DNA of 56,441 bases, counting the filler, from Platydemus manokwari (taxonomy: Eukaryota), in NCBI GenBank assembly GCA_037951405.1. It is 3 parts of 3 records of this genome, joined end to end, with 100 filler letters (N's around TTAATTAATTAA, not from the genome) between each part and the next. Parts side by side here need not be neighbours in the genome. Positions count along the whole stretch, not along the records: positions 35,146 to 56,441 come from JBBMOY011400312.1; 2 more parts are not named here. One strand, given 5' to 3'. The translations under genes and the position numbers were made by a program. The notes beneath the pieces are model-generated. The model saw only the letters and a program-made list of their open reading frames with translations. It was not told where the DNA came from and did not search any database. Positions 54,130 through 56,441 of this stretch are shown in pieces; position 1 is the stretch's first letter; every line of letters begins with the position of its first letter.

Positions 54130-55930
54130 CTCCATATCAAATTCTACAACTTTCCCACTATAGTTCGAGCCAAGTTAATCTAGCCTCTGGCGGGTTCGAT
54201 GACATCGCATGTGCTGCTCCTGATGATATAATTATTTTTGAGCAGTTACTGACTCTGGTAATTCCGGAAACTCAGAAGGTGAATGCATTACATTAACAAC
54301 AATCAATCGCCCGCTAACAACTTGGCTTCCTACACATATGCTGATGCTTGACGACCGCTCCACTATATGCACACTTCGCAAAAAAACTTACCACTTCTCA
54401 TTTTCAAGCATTACGAAGCAGTACACTGATAAAAATTCAAATAAATACCTCTTGACTTCACAATATTGTGTCATTGCAATTTTAAAGGGAGTTTTCTACA
54501 CTTCAATCTCCATATGTTTGAGCAAAAGAACGCTGCATGCTCAATGCCTCCCAACCTGCTTTCAAAGATGTCCAATTGCTCCCAGAAGAACGCATCACAT
54601 AATGACTATCTTGTCCTCCCATTGAGACATTCGTCATTTCTAAGATCTTGTGCTCCACCGAACATATCTTTATAAAATCCCGACCCTTAAATGCCATCCT
54701 TAAACATGATAAGAAACAATCTACCATTTATTTCCGTTCCTCTCCTCGACAATTTATTTTTAGTTTATTCATCTTTAATCCTTGTATAGTCGATATTATC
54801 AAATCCGTGTCCTTTTTCATTGACTCCCAGAGAACGTTATGGAGAATTCTAGATTTACTCCTTCAGAACCTCAATGCATTTAGATAAAATATTTCCATTA
54901 GAAAATCTCTTATCTCAAATCACCCCAAAAAACTAAACAATACTGACTGTGGCCTTTTCAGCACATCTTGAACTATTCCATCCAATCCGAAATCTTCCAT
55001 TCTCCACCCCAACGAGATTTTAGGATTGAAATTAATAAGATCGTTTCAAACATTATCCGTTTTCAAAAATCACATAAATATTACATCATAACATATAATT
55101 AACCCTATTCTAAATGATGTCCTGAAATTTGCTTGAATTGGACTCCCCAAAACCTTTGTGATATACTTGCATTTGCCCGTAATACAAATAACGCTCTAAA
55201 GCCCATAAGCTTCAACAATATGAAATCAATACAACAATCAGTCTTGCATTTCATTACTCCAGAATTTTCTGATTTTAAGCTCCGGCAACAAAACAAGCTT
55301 TAGCCCGAGAACAATTACCAAGTCCCGTCTCCATGCATCCTACAAATTCTAGGAATATAATGCTTTTTTGCATTCTCTCATTTCATGTCACTTCCGAATC
55401 TAACAAACACAAACCACTCAATTAGGTTCCCGCTCTTTGATTCATCGCTATGAAGAATCCAAAACCAGGACTTTGACAAAAGAGTTCGATCAATTCCCCT
55501 TGACATCTTACGCATTAATGGCTCAAAATCCTCGAATATCCCGTTTTTTATTCCTCTAACAAACTCACATCAGCTTAACTTGAGTTTTGTATCCAAAGCA
55601 TTAGTTACTCATTTCGATTCCTTACCAGTCTTGATCTTACGTTCCTTGACTTCATAATCTCATACTTGTTATACATTGATGGTAAACGCCTTAACTCATC
55701 ATGTATAACTGACTTACACACCACACTCTCCTGGATTAGTGATAACATTTCATTCTCGAAAAACCTATCCTCTACTTGGTGGACCAAAACCTCTTCTCAA
55801 TAAGGAAACTCCGCAAATACAACATTGACATATAACTCCTCCAACACGATTCTGAAACGAGCATTAAAATGATTGTAAAGAATGACCTCAGTTACCACTT
55901 TTCGGTGGACAATGGGAATAAACTCCTCGA
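54130..55930 (-). mobile_element. Probable decayed DIRS-like tyrosine-recombinase retrotransposon (RT-RNase H-YR order)
   Basis: MLYLRSFLI (~55825-55799, YLDDFL-like); ILHSDESKSG (55458-55429), SIIFLEFVG, KTDC, QISGHH (RNase H-like); FLSCLRM, YCEVKRYLFEFL, SGAAHAM...WES (YR-like). All motifs are degenerate. Confidence 0.45.
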
Positions 55931-56366
55931 TGTTCTACAAAATTTATTTTTTATTAATGTGACTACACTTTTCTATGACTTTATATTATTTACTAAGTCG
56001 ATATTATGATGTACAAGTTTATAAATATAATTTAAAGCATTCTTTAACTTCAAGAAAATTTTTATTTAGAAATTCATTAACATTGTTTCACATTTTAAAT
56101 TTTTCAGTGCATCATTGTTATCATTAATACCACTAATGGGACTCCATGTCGGACAGTAGCCTTATTAACTAACTGGACTACTGTTTAAAATATCTGCTAT
56201 ACATCAAAGTTTTCAGAGTTATAACTAAATGATGATCAAAATTGTTTTTCACATCAAAATCACTAAATATTTTATTCAGATCACTTGTGTTCTTTGTTGT
56301 TATTATATTATTTTTATTTATTTCAATAACTTCGAGTTAATATATTAATATGCATTATTGATTTTA

Positions 56367-56441
56367 TTAGGTCATCCGAAAAGTAATGTCCGTTTTTTAT
56401 TAAAAGAATAAAATTGAAAAAGATTTTGATTGAGATTTATT
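56367..56441 (+). mobile_element. Probable TIR of another mariner-like element running off the window
   Basis: TA followed by TTAGGTCATCCGAAAAGTAATGTCCGTTTTTT resembles mariner TIRs. Confidence 0.45.

Overview
AT-rich eukaryotic (metazoan) scaffold. The very short GT-AG introns (42-66 nt), tandem TRAF genes and transposon content suggest a triclad flatworm/planarian, but that is inference. Host genes are two tandem minus-strand TRAF paralogues (RING-ZnF-coiled coil-MATH, 6 coding exons each). TRAF-B (30155-32170) is intact, about 588 aa. TRAF-A (21319-23311) carries two in-frame nonsense codons, and a near-identical 358-bp piece of it is copied at 25861-26218. The rest is largely decayed mobile DNA: an RLE-type non-LTR retrotransposon, an internally deleted Ty3/gypsy element, several LTR-like repeats (one family with a dense hairpin array), Polinton/Maverick debris (pPolB, integrase, probable penton), two hAT remnants, a TIR-complete mariner, a probable DIRS-like RT-RH-YR element, an L1-like remnant, and a recurring unclassified zinc-knuckle element upstream of both TRAF genes. 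The best candidate for something new is a fully intact stand-alone 327-aa CsRn1-type Gag ORF (11364-12347, minus). It has a duplicated CHCC knuckle, a putative 5'-UTR intron abutting its ATG, a nearby AATAAA and no intact pol, so it may be a domesticated capsid gene. Two 100-bp gaps contain an artificial TTAATTAATTAA linker. No rRNA, tRNA or CRISPR was recognised. All alignments and translations outside the ORF track were done by eye, and boundaries of decayed elements are approximate.
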